Source: Gemmatimonas sp.
GTDB lineage: Bacteria > Gemmatimonadota > Gemmatimonadetes > Gemmatimonadales > Gemmatimonadaceae
DNA: 64,000 bases
Direction: 5' to 3'
Assembly (NCBI GenBank): GCA_965279375.1
Contig: OZ257156.1
Coordinates: 1,184,001-1,248,000 of the forward strand
Shown piece by piece: positions 30,801-41,544 of the stretch (the first letter of the stretch is position 1; each line of letters begins with the position of its first letter). The notes under the pieces are model-generated. The model saw only the letters and a program-made list of their open reading frames with translations. It did no database searches and was not told where the DNA came from. The position numbers and the translations under genes are program-made.

Positions 30801-31796
30801 ATGCCGCGCTCCCCGATGTCTCGTCGCCCGTCGCCTTCCGTGCGACGCGCGATGGGTCGGATTGGCGCGCTGGCGCTGTTCACGGCAGCCGCCAGTATGC
30901 TGTCGGCGTGCGACCGTCGCTCCGCAGCGAACCCGACTGACTCTGCGGCCACTGCGCGCGACTCGGCGGCGGCGGACAGCGTGCGCCCTGTGGTGGAAGC
31001 CACCGGCTGGGACTCTTCGGCTGGTCCGTTTCTCGTGTTGCCTACAGTAGATGGCGGGCTGACGGCGGGGTCGCTGCTCCGCGCCGACGCGTCCGAGCTG
31101 ACGGTGTCGGATACGGGCGGCGTTGGGCAGCTGATCAGCGATGGTCGGGTGGAGCTGTTCTCTCGCAGCGGGCGCGTGGCGATCGCACGGCTTTCAGTGG
31201 ATGCGGCGCCGAGGGTGGATGCGGGGTGCACGGCGTGGCCAGTCGCGCGGCTGTCCACTGATGCCGGCGTGAATGTCAGTCCATGGACGGCAGCGTTCGC
31301 GGCCAACCGCATCACCTCCATTCCGCTCGATTCCATCGAAGGGTTGTCATCGCGGGATTCGTCGAGGCTGGTGGTGGACCTGAGTCGTCTCGCGTCTGCC
31401 CTGCGCGACGACACGAGCGCGACGTTTCGCGGACTGCCGTTTGTGGTGCTGCGTGCGTATCGCACGCGCGGACTGGACAGCGCGTTCGTGGTGGCGACAC
31501 TGGCACGCCGCGTGAACCAGGAAGCGGATCCCAAGGAAGAGCGGCTGGTGATGGTTGTGGATATCACTGGCAGCGACGCGAAGTCGTGGAACGTCGCGTG
31601 GCATGAGCGCGCCTCGGGGCTGGAAGAGGAACTGGTGGTCGCCGAGCCGTTGATGGCGTTCAGGGCCAACGGCGCGTCCGATGTGCGACTGCTTTTTGGT
31701 CGTGACGACGGGATCGCGCTGGGCGCGGCGGTGCTCGCGCGTGATGGTGCCGGCTGGCACGTGCTCTGGGAGAGCGCGGTCGCAAGCTGCAACTGA
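30801..31796 (+). CDS. Hypothetical lipoprotein
   Basis: LSAC lipobox after a hydrophobic stretch; start uncertain. Confidence 0.65.
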   Translation: MPRSPMSRRPSPSVRRAMGRIGALALFTAAASMLSACDRRSAANPTDSAATARDSAAADSVRPVVEATGWDSSAGPFLVLPTVDGGLTAGSLLRADASELTVSDTGGVGQLISDGRVELFSRSGRVAIARLSVDAAPRVDAGCTAWPVARLSTDAGVNVSPWTAAFAANRITSIPLDSIEGLSSRDSSRLVVDLSRLASALRDDTSATFRGLPFVVLRAYRTRGLDSAFVVATLARRVNQEADPKEERLVMVVDITGSDAKSWNVAWHERASGLEEELVVAEPLMAFRANGASDVRLLFGRDDGIALGAAVLARDGAGWHVLWESAVASCN

Positions 31797-31826
31797 ACGA
31801 CTGCGCCATTCTCTAACGATCAATCG

Positions 31827-32099
31827 ATGTCACGTGCGTTTCTGCGGGACGACGCGGAAGGCGAAATGCCGCGTCGCAACTACGATTTGCCTCCGCGCGA
31901 CGATCCGGACTACGACCGAGTCGCGGCGCGCGCATTGCTCGAGGCCGCTCGCGTTGGCGAAACCCAGCTCGCGGAGCGTGCGACGGGCTACTACTGGGGC
32001 GAGCCGGTGTTGCGTCCGTACGTGGAAGTGATGCTGGCGGAGGCCGAGCGCGCCAAGGACGATCGGTTGGAGCAGGTGGCGCGCCGTTTTCTGCGGTAG
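31827..32099 (+). CDS. Small hypothetical protein (MSRAF N-terminus)
   Basis: Clean 90-aa ORF filling the gap between neighbours. Confidence 0.65.
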   Translation: MSRAFLRDDAEGEMPRRNYDLPPRDDPDYDRVAARALLEAARVGETQLAERATGYYWGEPVLRPYVEVMLAEAERAKDDRLEQVARRFLR

Positions 32100-32156
32100 G
32101 TCGCGCGTTGGCCCTGGTTTTGCCCTGTTCTGTTCGCTCTACGAGAGGAGCGGCAG

Positions 32157-32606
32157 GTGAGCGAGGTCGGGTCGAGCGAGGTGCGAACGCTGGGTGTTCA
32201 GCTCGTGTGGCTGTTCACGCTGGCCATTCCGGTGGCATGCGTGGCGTGGACGGTCACGCACGAGGAGCTCTTTCGGGAGCCGCGTGAATACTGCGAGCGG
32301 CGCAGCACGACGGATGCGCGCTGGTGGGTGCGAAAGTTCTTCTATCTGGGCACCTGCGAGTACTGCTTCAGCCACTACGTGTCGTTGGGCGCGGTGCTGC
32401 TGACCGGCTATCGATTGTTGCTGCCCGACTGGCGCGGTATTCCGCTGGCGTGGTTGGCGGTGGTGTGGGTGGCCAACCAGTACATGAGCATCCACGGCCG
32501 ATTGCGCTTGGGGATCAAGAGTCAGCGGACGGAGATTCGCGTGCTGGAAGAGCAGCTCGCGCCGACGGAGCCGTCAGCGCCGGTGATTGTATCGTCGCGC
32601 GAGTGA
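32157..32606 (+). CDS. Membrane protein, DUF1360-like
   Basis: GAGGAG RBS; TM-F...R...TCEYCFSHY-TM pattern. Confidence 0.6.
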   Translation: MSEVGSSEVRTLGVQLVWLFTLAIPVACVAWTVTHEELFREPREYCERRSTTDARWWVRKFFYLGTCEYCFSHYVSLGAVLLTGYRLLLPDWRGIPLAWLAVVWVANQYMSIHGRLRLGIKSQRTEIRVLEEQLAPTEPSAPVIVSSRE

Positions 32607-32663
32607 AGCCGAGTCGTCACCGTTCATCTGGTGACGCGAACTCTGACGAGCACTCTCGAGCCC

Positions 32664-33233
32664 TCAACGCTCGCCGTGGACTTCGCCGAACAATGCGTCG
32701 AGCTGAATGACGAGCGGCGCGGTAGCGCCTGTTGGTTGCCAGGTGATGGACTCGATGGCGATTTCCGGGCGGTCGGCGTCTGGCGTCCATCGTTCGACGA
32801 GACGCGCGTCGAGGTCCACGATCCAGTACTCGACGCCGTAGCGCTGGTAGCGCTGACGCTTGGTGATGCGATCGTATCGCGCGGTGCTGGGTGAGAGCAC
32901 TTCCACGAAGAGCAGCGGCATGCCCGTGTCCTGCTGCGACTGCGGCAGCTTGCCATCCACCAGCGGTAGCACGAACACATCAGGCTGCACGAGCGTGAAC
33001 GTGTCCAGCTCGAGCTCACCGGGCGCGGAGAACGCTGCCGCCACCCGCTGCTCGCGCCCGTAGTTCCATAGCAATTGCTGCAGCAGAAACGCGGCAGCCT
33101 GATGGGGAAGCCGCGGTCCCGGGCTCACCAGCAGCTCCCCGTCCACGCACTCGAAACGACGCCCCGGTTCGTCCGGCAGCGCGCGCACCGCCTCAGCAGT
33201 CCAGCGACGGGATTCCACGGCAGGCATTGCCAT
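32664..33233 (-). CDS. Uma2 family PD-(D/E)XK endonuclease
   Basis: E.VDGEL...P...HQ, QPD, VEVLSPST..YD...K...Y...GVEYWIVD. Confidence 0.9.
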   Translation of the reverse strand: MAMPAVESRRWTAEAVRALPDEPGRRFECVDGELLVSPGPRLPHQAAAFLLQQLLWNYGREQRVAAAFSAPGELELDTFTLVQPDVFVLPLVDGKLPQSQQDTGMPLLFVEVLSPSTARYDRITKRQRYQRYGVEYWIVDLDARLVERWTPDADRPEIAIESITWQPTGATAPLVIQLDALFGEVHGER

Positions 33234-33441
33234 ACATTGCTCGGCGAACGGATGAACGCGCAAGGGATCATGTGCCATACTCGCACCCGTGCGTCAGTGA
33301 CACGTCAGCGATCAATCGGCGTATCAATGCGTTGCACGAAATAGGTACGAAGACGTGCTGATGGTTTGATGATCCATTCACGGTTTTCGCGAAACGCAAG
33401 CCGTGGAAATCACCACGCGCCGCGCATAGGTTGCGCGGTCC

Positions 33442-35748
33442 ATGACTGACACGCTTGCTCCCGACATCGTCGCGCGCGTCGCGACGGAACTCTCGCTCGC
33501 ACCGCAACAGGTGCGCAGCACGCTCGCCCTCTTCGCCGAGGGTGCGACTCTTCCATTTGTGGCACGCTACCGCAAGGAAGCCACCGGTGGACTCGATGAA
33601 GTGCAGCTCCGCGATGTGCGTGAGCGCGCTGAGTATCTCAAGGAACTCGAAGATCGTCGCGCCGCGATCATCAAGAGCGTGGACGAGCAGGGAAAGCTCG
33701 ACGATGCGCTGCGTGCACAGATTCTCGCCGCCGACACCAAGCAGGCACTCGAAGATCTCTATCTTCCCTTCAAGCCCAAGCGTCGCACGCGCGCGATGAT
33801 TGCGCGTGAACGTGGACTGGGCGCGTTGGCCGAGTCGCTGTGGGCAGGCGCGATGAGCGATGCGGAGATTGTCGCATTGGCCGCCACGTTCGTGCACAGC
33901 AACGGCGAAGCGGGCTTGCATGTGCCCACCGTCGACGCCGCACTGCTCGGCGCGCGCGACATTCTCTCCGAGCAGATCTCCGAAGACGCCGTCATTCGCG
34001 GCTGGGTGCGCGAAGTCACGCGTGCCAAGGGATCGGTGAAGAGCACCGTGCTGGCCGACAAGGTCAGCGACGATTCGAAGTTCAAGGACTATTTCGACTT
34101 CAGCGAATCGCTGGGCACGATTCCGTCGCACCGCATGCTGGCCATTCGCCGCGGCGAGACGGAAGGCGAGTTGCTGTGGCGTGTGGAAGCGCCGCTGGAA
34201 GAGATCAACGCACGTCTCGCGCGCGAAGTGATCGGCACGCGCAAGGCGACGGAGCAGCTCACGCTCGTTGCGACCGATTGCTATCGCCGTCTGCTGTCGC
34301 CAGCCATCGAAGTGGAGCTGCGCGTGGAGCTCAAGACGCGCGCCGACGACGAAGCGATCACGATCTTCGGACGCAACCTCGAGCAGTTGTTGCTGTCGTC
34401 ACCTGCTGGTGAGAAGAAAGTGCTGGGGCTCGATCCGGGTTTCCGCACCGGTGTGAAGGTGGCGCTGGTGAGTGCGACGGGCGCGCTGCTGCACACCGAC
34501 ACGCTGTATCTGCATCAGGAAGATCGCTTTGCCGGCGCGATTCGCTCGCTGGTCACGCGCTTCACTCCTGAGCTGATCGCGATCGGCAACGGCACCGCCA
34601 GCCGCGAGACGGAAACGCTGGTGAAGGCGGCGCTGCGCGAACTGGATCCACCCGCCGATGGTGTGCGCACGCAAGTCGTCGTCGTCAACGAAGCAGGCGC
34701 GTCGGTCTACTCTGCGTCCGATCTCGCGCGCGCCGAGTTTCCCGATCTCGACGTGAGCATCCGTGGCGCGGTGTCGATCGCACGTCGGTTGCAGGATCCG
34801 CTGGCTGAGTTGGTGAAGATCGATCCCAAGTCGATTGGTGTGGGGCAGTATCAGCACGACGTACATCAGACGAAGCTCAAGCAGCGTCTCGACGATATCG
34901 TCGAAAGCTGCGTGAACCGCGTGGGCGTGGAAGTGAACACGGCATCAGCGGCGTTGCTGGCGTATGTCGCGGGCATCGGCCCCGGCCTGGCGCAGAGCAT
35001 CGTGACGCTGCGCGATCAGCGCGGTCGTTTAGTGTCGCGCGCAGATCTGAAAGACGTGCCACGTCTCGGTGCCAAGGCGTTCGAGCAGGCCGCCGGTTTC
35101 TTGCGCGTGCGCGGCGGTGCGCATCCGCTCGATAGCAGCGCGGTGCATCCTGAGCGTTATGCCCTCGTCGAGCGCATGGCCAAGGATCTGGGTGTGCAGG
35201 TGAGCGCGCTGGTGGGCAACGACACGCTCGTGGACACCATCTCGCTGTCGCAGTACGTCAGCGATGACGTCGGCATGCCGACGCTGCGCGACATCGTGGC
35301 TGAGCTCAAGAAGCCGGGTCGTGACCCGCGTTCAGCATTCGAGCCGCCCGCGTTCCGCGAAGACCTCAACAAGCCGTCCGATCTCCTCCCGGGGATGGTG
35401 CTGGAAGGCGTCGTAACGAACATCGTCGCGTTCGGCGCCTTCGTGGATGTCGGCGTGCACCAGGACGGACTCGTGCACGTCAGCCAGATCGCTGATCGCT
35501 ACGTGAAAGACCCCAACGACGTGGTGAAGGTCGGGCAGAAGGTGCAGGTGACGGTGCAGAGCGTCGATCTGGCGCGCGGTCGCATCGCCCTGACCATGAA
35601 GAAGGAGCCCAAGCCCACGGGTGAGGGCGCGAGTGCTCGTCCGGAGCAGGCGACTCGTGCGCCGCTCAAGGGGGGCTTCAAGCCTGCCGCGAAGCCGTTC
35701 GTGCCCACCAAGGGTGCAGTCGCTCCGAACGGGATCCGATTCAAGTAG
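33442..35748 (+). CDS. tex: Tex transcription accessory protein
   Basis: PFVARYRKEATG, DPGFRTG, GASVYSAS, IGVGQYQHD, C-terminal S1 domain. Confidence 0.96.
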   Translation: MTDTLAPDIVARVATELSLAPQQVRSTLALFAEGATLPFVARYRKEATGGLDEVQLRDVRERAEYLKELEDRRAAIIKSVDEQGKLDDALRAQILAADTKQALEDLYLPFKPKRRTRAMIARERGLGALAESLWAGAMSDAEIVALAATFVHSNGEAGLHVPTVDAALLGARDILSEQISEDAVIRGWVREVTRAKGSVKSTVLADKVSDDSKFKDYFDFSESLGTIPSHRMLAIRRGETEGELLWRVEAPLEEINARLAREVIGTRKATEQLTLVATDCYRRLLSPAIEVELRVELKTRADDEAITIFGRNLEQLLLSSPAGEKKVLGLDPGFRTGVKVALVSATGALLHTDTLYLHQEDRFAGAIRSLVTRFTPELIAIGNGTASRETETLVKAALRELDPPADGVRTQVVVVNEAGASVYSASDLARAEFPDLDVSIRGAVSIARRLQDPLAELVKIDPKSIGVGQYQHDVHQTKLKQRLDDIVESCVNRVGVEVNTASAALLAYVAGIGPGLAQSIVTLRDQRGRLVSRADLKDVPRLGAKAFEQAAGFLRVRGGAHPLDSSAVHPERYALVERMAKDLGVQVSALVGNDTLVDTISLSQYVSDDVGMPTLRDIVAELKKPGRDPRSAFEPPAFREDLNKPSDLLPGMVLEGVVTNIVAFGAFVDVGVHQDGLVHVSQIADRYVKDPNDVVKVGQKVQVTVQSVDLARGRIALTMKKEPKPTGEGASARPEQATRAPLKGGFKPAAKPFVPTKGAVAPNGIRFK

Positions 35749-35803
35749 ACTAAGGGCAGTCGCGGGTCAGACCGCGTGTTCCTCTTCGTCTCAGGTCCCG
35801 CCT

Positions 35804-37738
35804 ATGCCCCGCCTCGTTTCCGCCACGCGCCGCCGGTCGCTCTCGTTCTGTGCACTCGTCGCCACCCCGATGAGTGCGCTCAGCCTGATCGCCTGCGGCG
35901 CGAGTCGTACCATGCCCGCGTCGTCGTCCACGCCTGCGTCAACCGCTAACGCGCCTGCCGCACAGACCGCGATGGCTCCGCGCGATGTCGCGGCAGACCG
36001 GCGTTGGGCAGACTCCGTACTGGCGACCCTCTCCACGCGGCAGAAAGCGGCGCAGCTCGTGTGGGTGTGGTCGCTCGGCGACTACTCGGCGGTGGACCAG
36101 CCGGGGTGGAAGCGACTCGAAACGCTCATTCACGATCAGGAGTTGGGCGGCGCGATCGTATCGGTGGGCGGACCGCTCGACATCGCCGCCAAGGTGAACG
36201 CGATGCAGCGTGCGGGGCGGTTGCCGTTGCTCATCGGAGCTGACCTCGAGACGGGCGCCGCGTTCCGTGCGCGCGGTGGCTGGTTTCTTCCCAACGCGAT
36301 CGAACTGGGCGGGGCGACATCGTTCCCGTACTCGATGGGCGTCGGCGCCACGCGCGACACGATGTTGGCCTACGAGATGGGTCGCGTGACCGCAGTGGAA
36401 GGCCGCGCGATGGGCATCCACTTCGGCTTTGCGCCGGTGCTGGACGTCAACAACAACGCCGGCAACCCGGTCATCAGCGCGCGCTCGTTCGGTGAAGACC
36501 CCAAGCTCGTCGCGCGCATGGGCGCCGCGTTCATTCGCGGCATGCAGGAACACGGCATGCTCGCGACGGCCAAGCACTTCCCCGGTCACGGCGACACCAA
36601 GCAGAACTCGCATCTCGAACTGGCGCGCGTGGATGTCTCGCGCGCGCGCCTCGACAGCGTGGAGCTCTATCCGTTTCAGGCCGCGATCGACGCTGGCGTG
36701 CGCAGCGTGATGACGTTCCACGGCGATTTCCCCGCGCTCGATACCACGCGCACGGCTGCAACGCTGAGTAAGGTCGTCATGACCGATCTGCTGCGCACCA
36801 AGATGGGCTTCAAGGGCATCCTCGTCACCGACGCGATGGACATGAACGGCGTGTTGGGGAAGATGACGATGGCCGAAGCGACGCAGCGCGCGATCGAGGC
36901 CGGCAACGATGTCATCCTGATGCCCACCGACGTGAAGGTCGCCATCGAGGCGATCGTCGCCGGCGTGCAGAGCGGACGCTTCACGATGGCGCGTCTCGAT
37001 TCGTCGGTGACCAAGCTGCTGATGGCCAAGCACGAGTTCGGGTTGCATCGCAATCGCATTGTCGATCTCGAAACCGTACGCTCGGTTGTGAATGTCGCGG
37101 CCAACGAGAAGCCGGCGCAGAATGCCGCCGAATCGGCAATCACGCTCGTGCGCGACTCACTGTCGCTGGTGCCATTCAAGATGGAGCGTACGGCGCGCGT
37201 GGTCAGCATCACCGTCACGCCGCGCGTGGATCTGAGTGCGGGACGCATCTTCGATGCAGAGCTGACGCGCATGTATCCCAAGCTGCTGTCGCTCACGCTG
37301 AGCCCTGAGGTCGTGGCGGACAACACGGCGGGCGCGGCATCGGGTGGCACGGGCACCTACGCGATCAATCCGGAACCGGCGCTGCTGCCGGCCTCGGTGC
37401 AGAACGCGCTCTCAATCGCCAAGGGCGCCGACCTCGTGATCGTGTCCAGCTACATCGGTGCGAGTACCAACACCGCATCGATGGTGCCCACGCAGGGCGT
37501 GCCCGAACTGCTGAACGGACTGCGCGCCGCCAACACCAAGGTCGTGCTGGTGTCGTTCCTCAATCCGTATCTCGCGCAGGGGCTGCCGCTCACCGACGCG
37601 CATCTGATCGCGTGGAGCCCGTGGACGCCGTCGCAGCGTGCGGCGGCGCGCGCGTTGTTGGGGCGCATTCCCATCACGGGGCAGCTGCCGATCACGATCC
37701 CGGGTGTGGCGCCGTACGGAGCGGGGCTCAAGCGCTGA
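35804..37738 (+). CDS. GH3 beta-N-acetylhexosaminidase-like lipoprotein
   Basis: FAPVLDV, RSFGEDP, KHFPGHGDT..NSH, TDAMDM; LIAC lipobox. Confidence 0.9.
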   Translation: MPRLVSATRRRSLSFCALVATPMSALSLIACGASRTMPASSSTPASTANAPAAQTAMAPRDVAADRRWADSVLATLSTRQKAAQLVWVWSLGDYSAVDQPGWKRLETLIHDQELGGAIVSVGGPLDIAAKVNAMQRAGRLPLLIGADLETGAAFRARGGWFLPNAIELGGATSFPYSMGVGATRDTMLAYEMGRVTAVEGRAMGIHFGFAPVLDVNNNAGNPVISARSFGEDPKLVARMGAAFIRGMQEHGMLATAKHFPGHGDTKQNSHLELARVDVSRARLDSVELYPFQAAIDAGVRSVMTFHGDFPALDTTRTAATLSKVVMTDLLRTKMGFKGILVTDAMDMNGVLGKMTMAEATQRAIEAGNDVILMPTDVKVAIEAIVAGVQSGRFTMARLDSSVTKLLMAKHEFGLHRNRIVDLETVRSVVNVAANEKPAQNAAESAITLVRDSLSLVPFKMERTARVVSITVTPRVDLSAGRIFDAELTRMYPKLLSLTLSPEVVADNTAGAASGGTGTYAINPEPALLPASVQNALSIAKGADLVIVSSYIGASTNTASMVPTQGVPELLNGLRAANTKVVLVSFLNPYLAQGLPLTDAHLIAWSPWTPSQRAAARALLGRIPITGQLPITIPGVAPYGAGLKR

Positions 37739-37754
37739 CGCGCGGTTCCTCGCG

Positions 37755-38096
37755 ATGTGGCACACTGAGACGCCGTGGTTCACGGTGGCGCTGATCAGCG
37801 CGATCTTCGCCGTTGGTGGCGTGGTCTTTGGCCGGTTCGAGCAACACAAGCCGTGGTGGCGCCGTGTCCTGAAGCAGCTGCTCGTCGTCGGGGTGTTCGT
37901 CCTCCTCGACCGCTTTGCGGGGCGTTCGTGGATGTACGGTCTGCTGAGCCTGATGGGCGTTGGCGTGTTGTATATCCACGGGTGGTGGTTGCCGCATCAC
38001 GGCATCAACGGCTGGACCGCGGAACCCTACGACCAGTACCTCGCTTTGATCACCAGGAAGAAGCGTCGCGATTCTACATCGTCGTCGGCAACGTGA
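37755..38096 (+). CDS. Small membrane protein
   Basis: Three hydrophobic segments; FE...P.WRR..K and H.WW...HGINGWT.EP. Confidence 0.65.
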   Translation: MWHTETPWFTVALISAIFAVGGVVFGRFEQHKPWWRRVLKQLLVVGVFVLLDRFAGRSWMYGLLSLMGVGVLYIHGWWLPHHGINGWTAEPYDQYLALITRKKRRDSTSSSAT

Positions 38097-38120
38097 CCCG
38101 CGATTGGCCGCAACGGTGAA

Positions 38121-39554
38121 TCAATCCAGTGCGAGTGTTAGCTGCGTGCACGTCGCGATCCGCTGATTGTGCAGCACGGTCGCCGCGACTGCCGCCGCAC
38201 CGGTCATCAACGCCTCCGCTCTTCCGTGTGTGATGCCGAACCGTGTGCCGCGATTCGGCGAGTCCAGCATCAGCTCCAGATACGCGCGCTCCGACGGGAA
38301 GCGCGCCAGGTTCTGCGAAGCCTTCGCAAACGACTCGCGCACCTCGTCGCGCGGACCGGTGAGCACTTCACGCACACTGCCACACGACGAGAACGCCAGC
38401 TCCTGCAGCCGCTCATAGCGCACGGTGCGCGGCAGCTTCGTGTCGTTGGCCTCCACCATGCGGCGCGCCATGATCGCATCGGACTCGGCCTGCGTCGACG
38501 CCTTCTTTCCCACCAGCGTCGGGCGCTTGGGCAGCGGCGCCGTTAGTTCGAGACCGCGCGCGTTGCCCGTGACTTCGTACAGTTGATGCAAGCCGTCGCG
38601 GCCGATGTCGATGATCACGCGACCAATGAGCGCGTCGATCGTGTACGATCCGTTGTCGATGTACATGAAGCCGAACGAGACGATGGTCTTGAGCGCTGCT
38701 TCTGCACGCGCCGCGTCACCAAGCGCGAGGTAGTAGGCCGCGCGGGAGACCCCGGCGTACGCGAGCGCCTTCGTGTCTGCGAAGCGCGTGATCGGCATTG
38801 CCGGTGAGAACGCGTCCTCGCGGAACGGCAGCACGAACTGTCCGCCGATGACATCCACCTGTGCCGCGCTCGCCACGCGCTCCACGTCGCGCCAGATCGG
38901 CGCCTCGGCGACACTCTTGAGATACGCCATCTCTTCCGGTGTGAAGCCACCAGACGCATGCATCACCACCTGTGATGCCGCCATCGCATCGAGCCCCTGC
39001 GTCCGCGGAGCAGGGAACATGCCGATCGTTTTCTGCTGTGTCTGCCACGGCCGCTCGTACACCGTCGCAACGGGATGCATCGGGAAGTGCTCGTCCTGCA
39101 GCATCGCATTCACTGCCGTCGATGTACGCGAGCGCGGCGAACGCAGTGCGTTCAGTGCGCGGCCGGCGGCTTCGGCGGAGATTGTCGCATCACGCGGCAC
39201 CATTAGCGGCCGCAATCGTTCTGCATCGGCGATGCGGTCTGCGACGGTGCTACCGTAGTCAGAGCGCAGGCCATCTCGGCTGGCCAGATACACCAGCGGC
39301 ACGGCAGAGATGAGCGCTATTCCGATCACACCGCTGCGCACGAAGTCGAGTACGAACTGAGTGAACGCGTTGCGTTGACGCGGCGCGTTGGTCGCCACGC
39401 GAAGGTCGCCTGCCGCCTGCGCGCTTGCCGACGCGGCAGCTCCACCAGCGGCCACGGGTGCGAGTCCCTGCGCCCCGAACCACCCCGAGGGATTGGCGTG
39501 TGCTTCGCGCGAGTTCACGGCGCGCGCCTTCGTACGCTGCGGATCATTCGTCAT
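38121..39554 (-). CDS. Hypothetical single-pass membrane protein
   Basis: Long ORF, one TM near the N-terminus, starts 16 nt after the kinase stop. Confidence 0.65.
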   Translation of the reverse strand: MTNDPQRTKARAVNSREAHANPSGWFGAQGLAPVAAGGAAASASAQAAGDLRVATNAPRQRNAFTQFVLDFVRSGVIGIALISAVPLVYLASRDGLRSDYGSTVADRIADAERLRPLMVPRDATISAEAAGRALNALRSPRSRTSTAVNAMLQDEHFPMHPVATVYERPWQTQQKTIGMFPAPRTQGLDAMAASQVVMHASGGFTPEEMAYLKSVAEAPIWRDVERVASAAQVDVIGGQFVLPFREDAFSPAMPITRFADTKALAYAGVSRAAYYLALGDAARAEAALKTIVSFGFMYIDNGSYTIDALIGRVIIDIGRDGLHQLYEVTGNARGLELTAPLPKRPTLVGKKASTQAESDAIMARRMVEANDTKLPRTVRYERLQELAFSSCGSVREVLTGPRDEVRESFAKASQNLARFPSERAYLELMLDSPNRGTRFGITHGRAEALMTGAAAVAATVLHNQRIATCTQLTLALD

Positions 39555-39570
39555 GGTCGCTCCGGGTGCG

Positions 39571-41544
39571 TTACAGCGGCGTGAGTTCGAGCGCGTGTCC
39601 AGGCAGGCGCCGTTGGCCACGCACATCGCTCGGTGGCGTGCGCATGGTATCGGCGTTCGCCGACGTGGCGTCGCTCGGCGTAATCAGCAACGCTTCCACC
39701 TCCGCCTGCGCGTCGATCATGCGCGCGACATCCGCCGAGATATGCTCTGCCTGATCGATGTGCGTCGTGAAGGCTTCGAGCGACAATGAACCGGCGTGCA
39801 GTCGCAGCAGGTTGAGGCGAATCGTTTCCATCGCGCCCACGGTTGCACGCAGTCGCTCCTGCACGGCCGTCCGTTCGATGAACGTGTCCGACGTGGCTTG
39901 CTGGACGGCGTCCATGCACTGGCGCAACGACTGCGCATCGCGCTGCAATCGCTGCAAGAGCGCCGGCACATCGCCGAGCGACTCGCGTGTGGCCTTCGGC
40001 AGACTGTCGAACAGTTCTTCCGCCGCCAAGCCAAGCGACAGCTCCGTGGCGCGGTGGGTCATGGCACGCGCAACTGGTGCAGCGCCACGCAACCGCTTGG
40101 CGATCGCGAACGCCCACGTGCCGGCCTGGCCGCTCCAGAGTATGCTCCAGAATTCTACGTCCACGTCTCGGTGTGACTGCAGCAGCGCCAGATACGCCAA
40201 TCCCGATGCGAGCGCGGTGACGAATCCGATCCCGGCCAACCCGCCGAGCAACAGACCCTCGTACTGCATGCCGGCCATGATCGCCATCGCCAACAGCGCC
40301 ACCGACGTCGAGCCGGACACCATCGCCACAGATCGCATCGCGCGCTCGAGCAGCGTCCGCACGCGACTCGGCGCGCCACTGCGCTCTTCGCGACTGCTTT
40401 CCTGTTCCGCGCGAAACGCGGGCACGATGTCCGCCTGCGCGAAGCCTTGTCGCAGCAGCTGTCGTGCGGCCAGAATGCCAAACGTGGCAGTCGCCAGCGC
40501 GACGCCACCGCAGAGGACCGCAACACCGGCGGCCACGCCAGCCATCTTGCTGGTGATTACGCCTACGACCGTGGCCGCGCTCAGGCTAAGCACCGAGCCC
40601 CCGCCATCCAAGCGCCCGTTGCGCTTCACAAATGCGCGCAGCGCCACTGGCAGCTCGCGTCGCTGTTCGATCGCCACGCCCAGCTGATCCGCCAACTCCT
40701 GCGCACTGCGCGGCCGTTGCGCCGGATCTTTGGCCAGGCAGCGGTCCACCAGCTGCGCCAGCTTGCGCGGTACCGCCAGCCCGATGCTCGAGAGCGCCGG
40801 CGCCGGTTCGCTGACGTGCTTGCCGAGCAGCTCCGCGGCCGTCCGCCCCTCGAATGGCAGTCGCCCGCTGAGCGCCCAGAACGCCGTCGCGCCGAGCGAG
40901 TACAGATCGCTCCGCGCGTCCACTTCGCGGCCGAGGGCCTGCTCGGGACTCATGAACTCGGGAGTTCCGATGACAGGAGCGCCGACAGGGTGATCAACAG
41001 TCACCTGCTCGCCCGTCGCGGATTCCCCCGTCGCCGCCGCGATTCCGAAATCCGCCACCAACGCGCGCCCCGACGCCGCCTCGATCAGGATGTTGTCCGG
41101 CTTCACGTCGCGGTGCACCAACCCCTGGCTGTGCGCGTGACCCAATGCCCACGCGGCCTCGCGCAGAATGCGTATTCCCTCACTCGCCGAGAGCGGCCCA
41201 CGCGATTGCACCCGCTGCGCCAACGTCTCGCCATCCACGAACGACATCACGAAATACACGAACCCATCCGTCTCATTCACGGAGTGGATCGGGATGATGT
41301 GCGGGTGCGACAACTTGGCCGCCAGCTGTGCTTCCCGCAGGAAGCGATCGCGGAGCGCGGGACGCAGCGCCAACTCCGGCGGCAGCAGTTTGATCGCCAC
41401 CAGCCGGTCCAGATGGACCTCGCGGGCGAGGTACACGACCCCCATGCCGCCACGTCCCAGCTCGCGGTCGATCGAGTAGCGACCGGCCAGCGCCATCTGA
41501 AATGACAGGAAGAGCGGATCGGGCGCGGTTGGCAGGGCCGTCAT
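39571..41544 (-). CDS. Membrane-associated Ser/Thr protein kinase
   Basis: GRGGMGVVY, HRDVKPDN, DFG, GTPEFMSPE; four TM segments and a helical C-terminus. Confidence 0.93.
   Translation of the reverse strand: MTALPTAPDPLFLSFQMALAGRYSIDRELGRGGMGVVYLAREVHLDRLVAIKLLPPELALRPALRDRFLREAQLAAKLSHPHIIPIHSVNETDGFVYFVMSFVDGETLAQRVQSRGPLSASEGIRILREAAWALGHAHSQGLVHRDVKPDNILIEAASGRALVADFGIAAATGESATGEQVTVDHPVGAPVIGTPEFMSPEQALGREVDARSDLYSLGATAFWALSGRLPFEGRTAAELLGKHVSEPAPALSSIGLAVPRKLAQLVDRCLAKDPAQRPRSAQELADQLGVAIEQRRELPVALRAFVKRNGRLDGGGSVLSLSAATVVGVITSKMAGVAAGVAVLCGGVALATATFGILAARQLLRQGFAQADIVPAFRAEQESSREERSGAPSRVRTLLERAMRSVAMVSGSTSVALLAMAIMAGMQYEGLLLGGLAGIGFVTALASGLAYLALLQSHRDVDVEFWSILWSGQAGTWAFAIAKRLRGAAPVARAMTHRATELSLGLAAEELFDSLPKATRESLGDVPALLQRLQRDAQSLRQCMDAVQQATSDTFIERTAVQERLRATVGAMETIRLNLLRLHAGSLSLEAFTTHIDQAEHISADVARMIDAQAEVEALLITPSDATSANADTMRTPPSDVRGQRRLPGHALELTPL

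Noticed and set aside
32664..33233. Uma2 nuclease as a defence island marker
   Set aside because: Solitary, host-like composition, a commonly multi-copy family, and no neighbouring defence genes.
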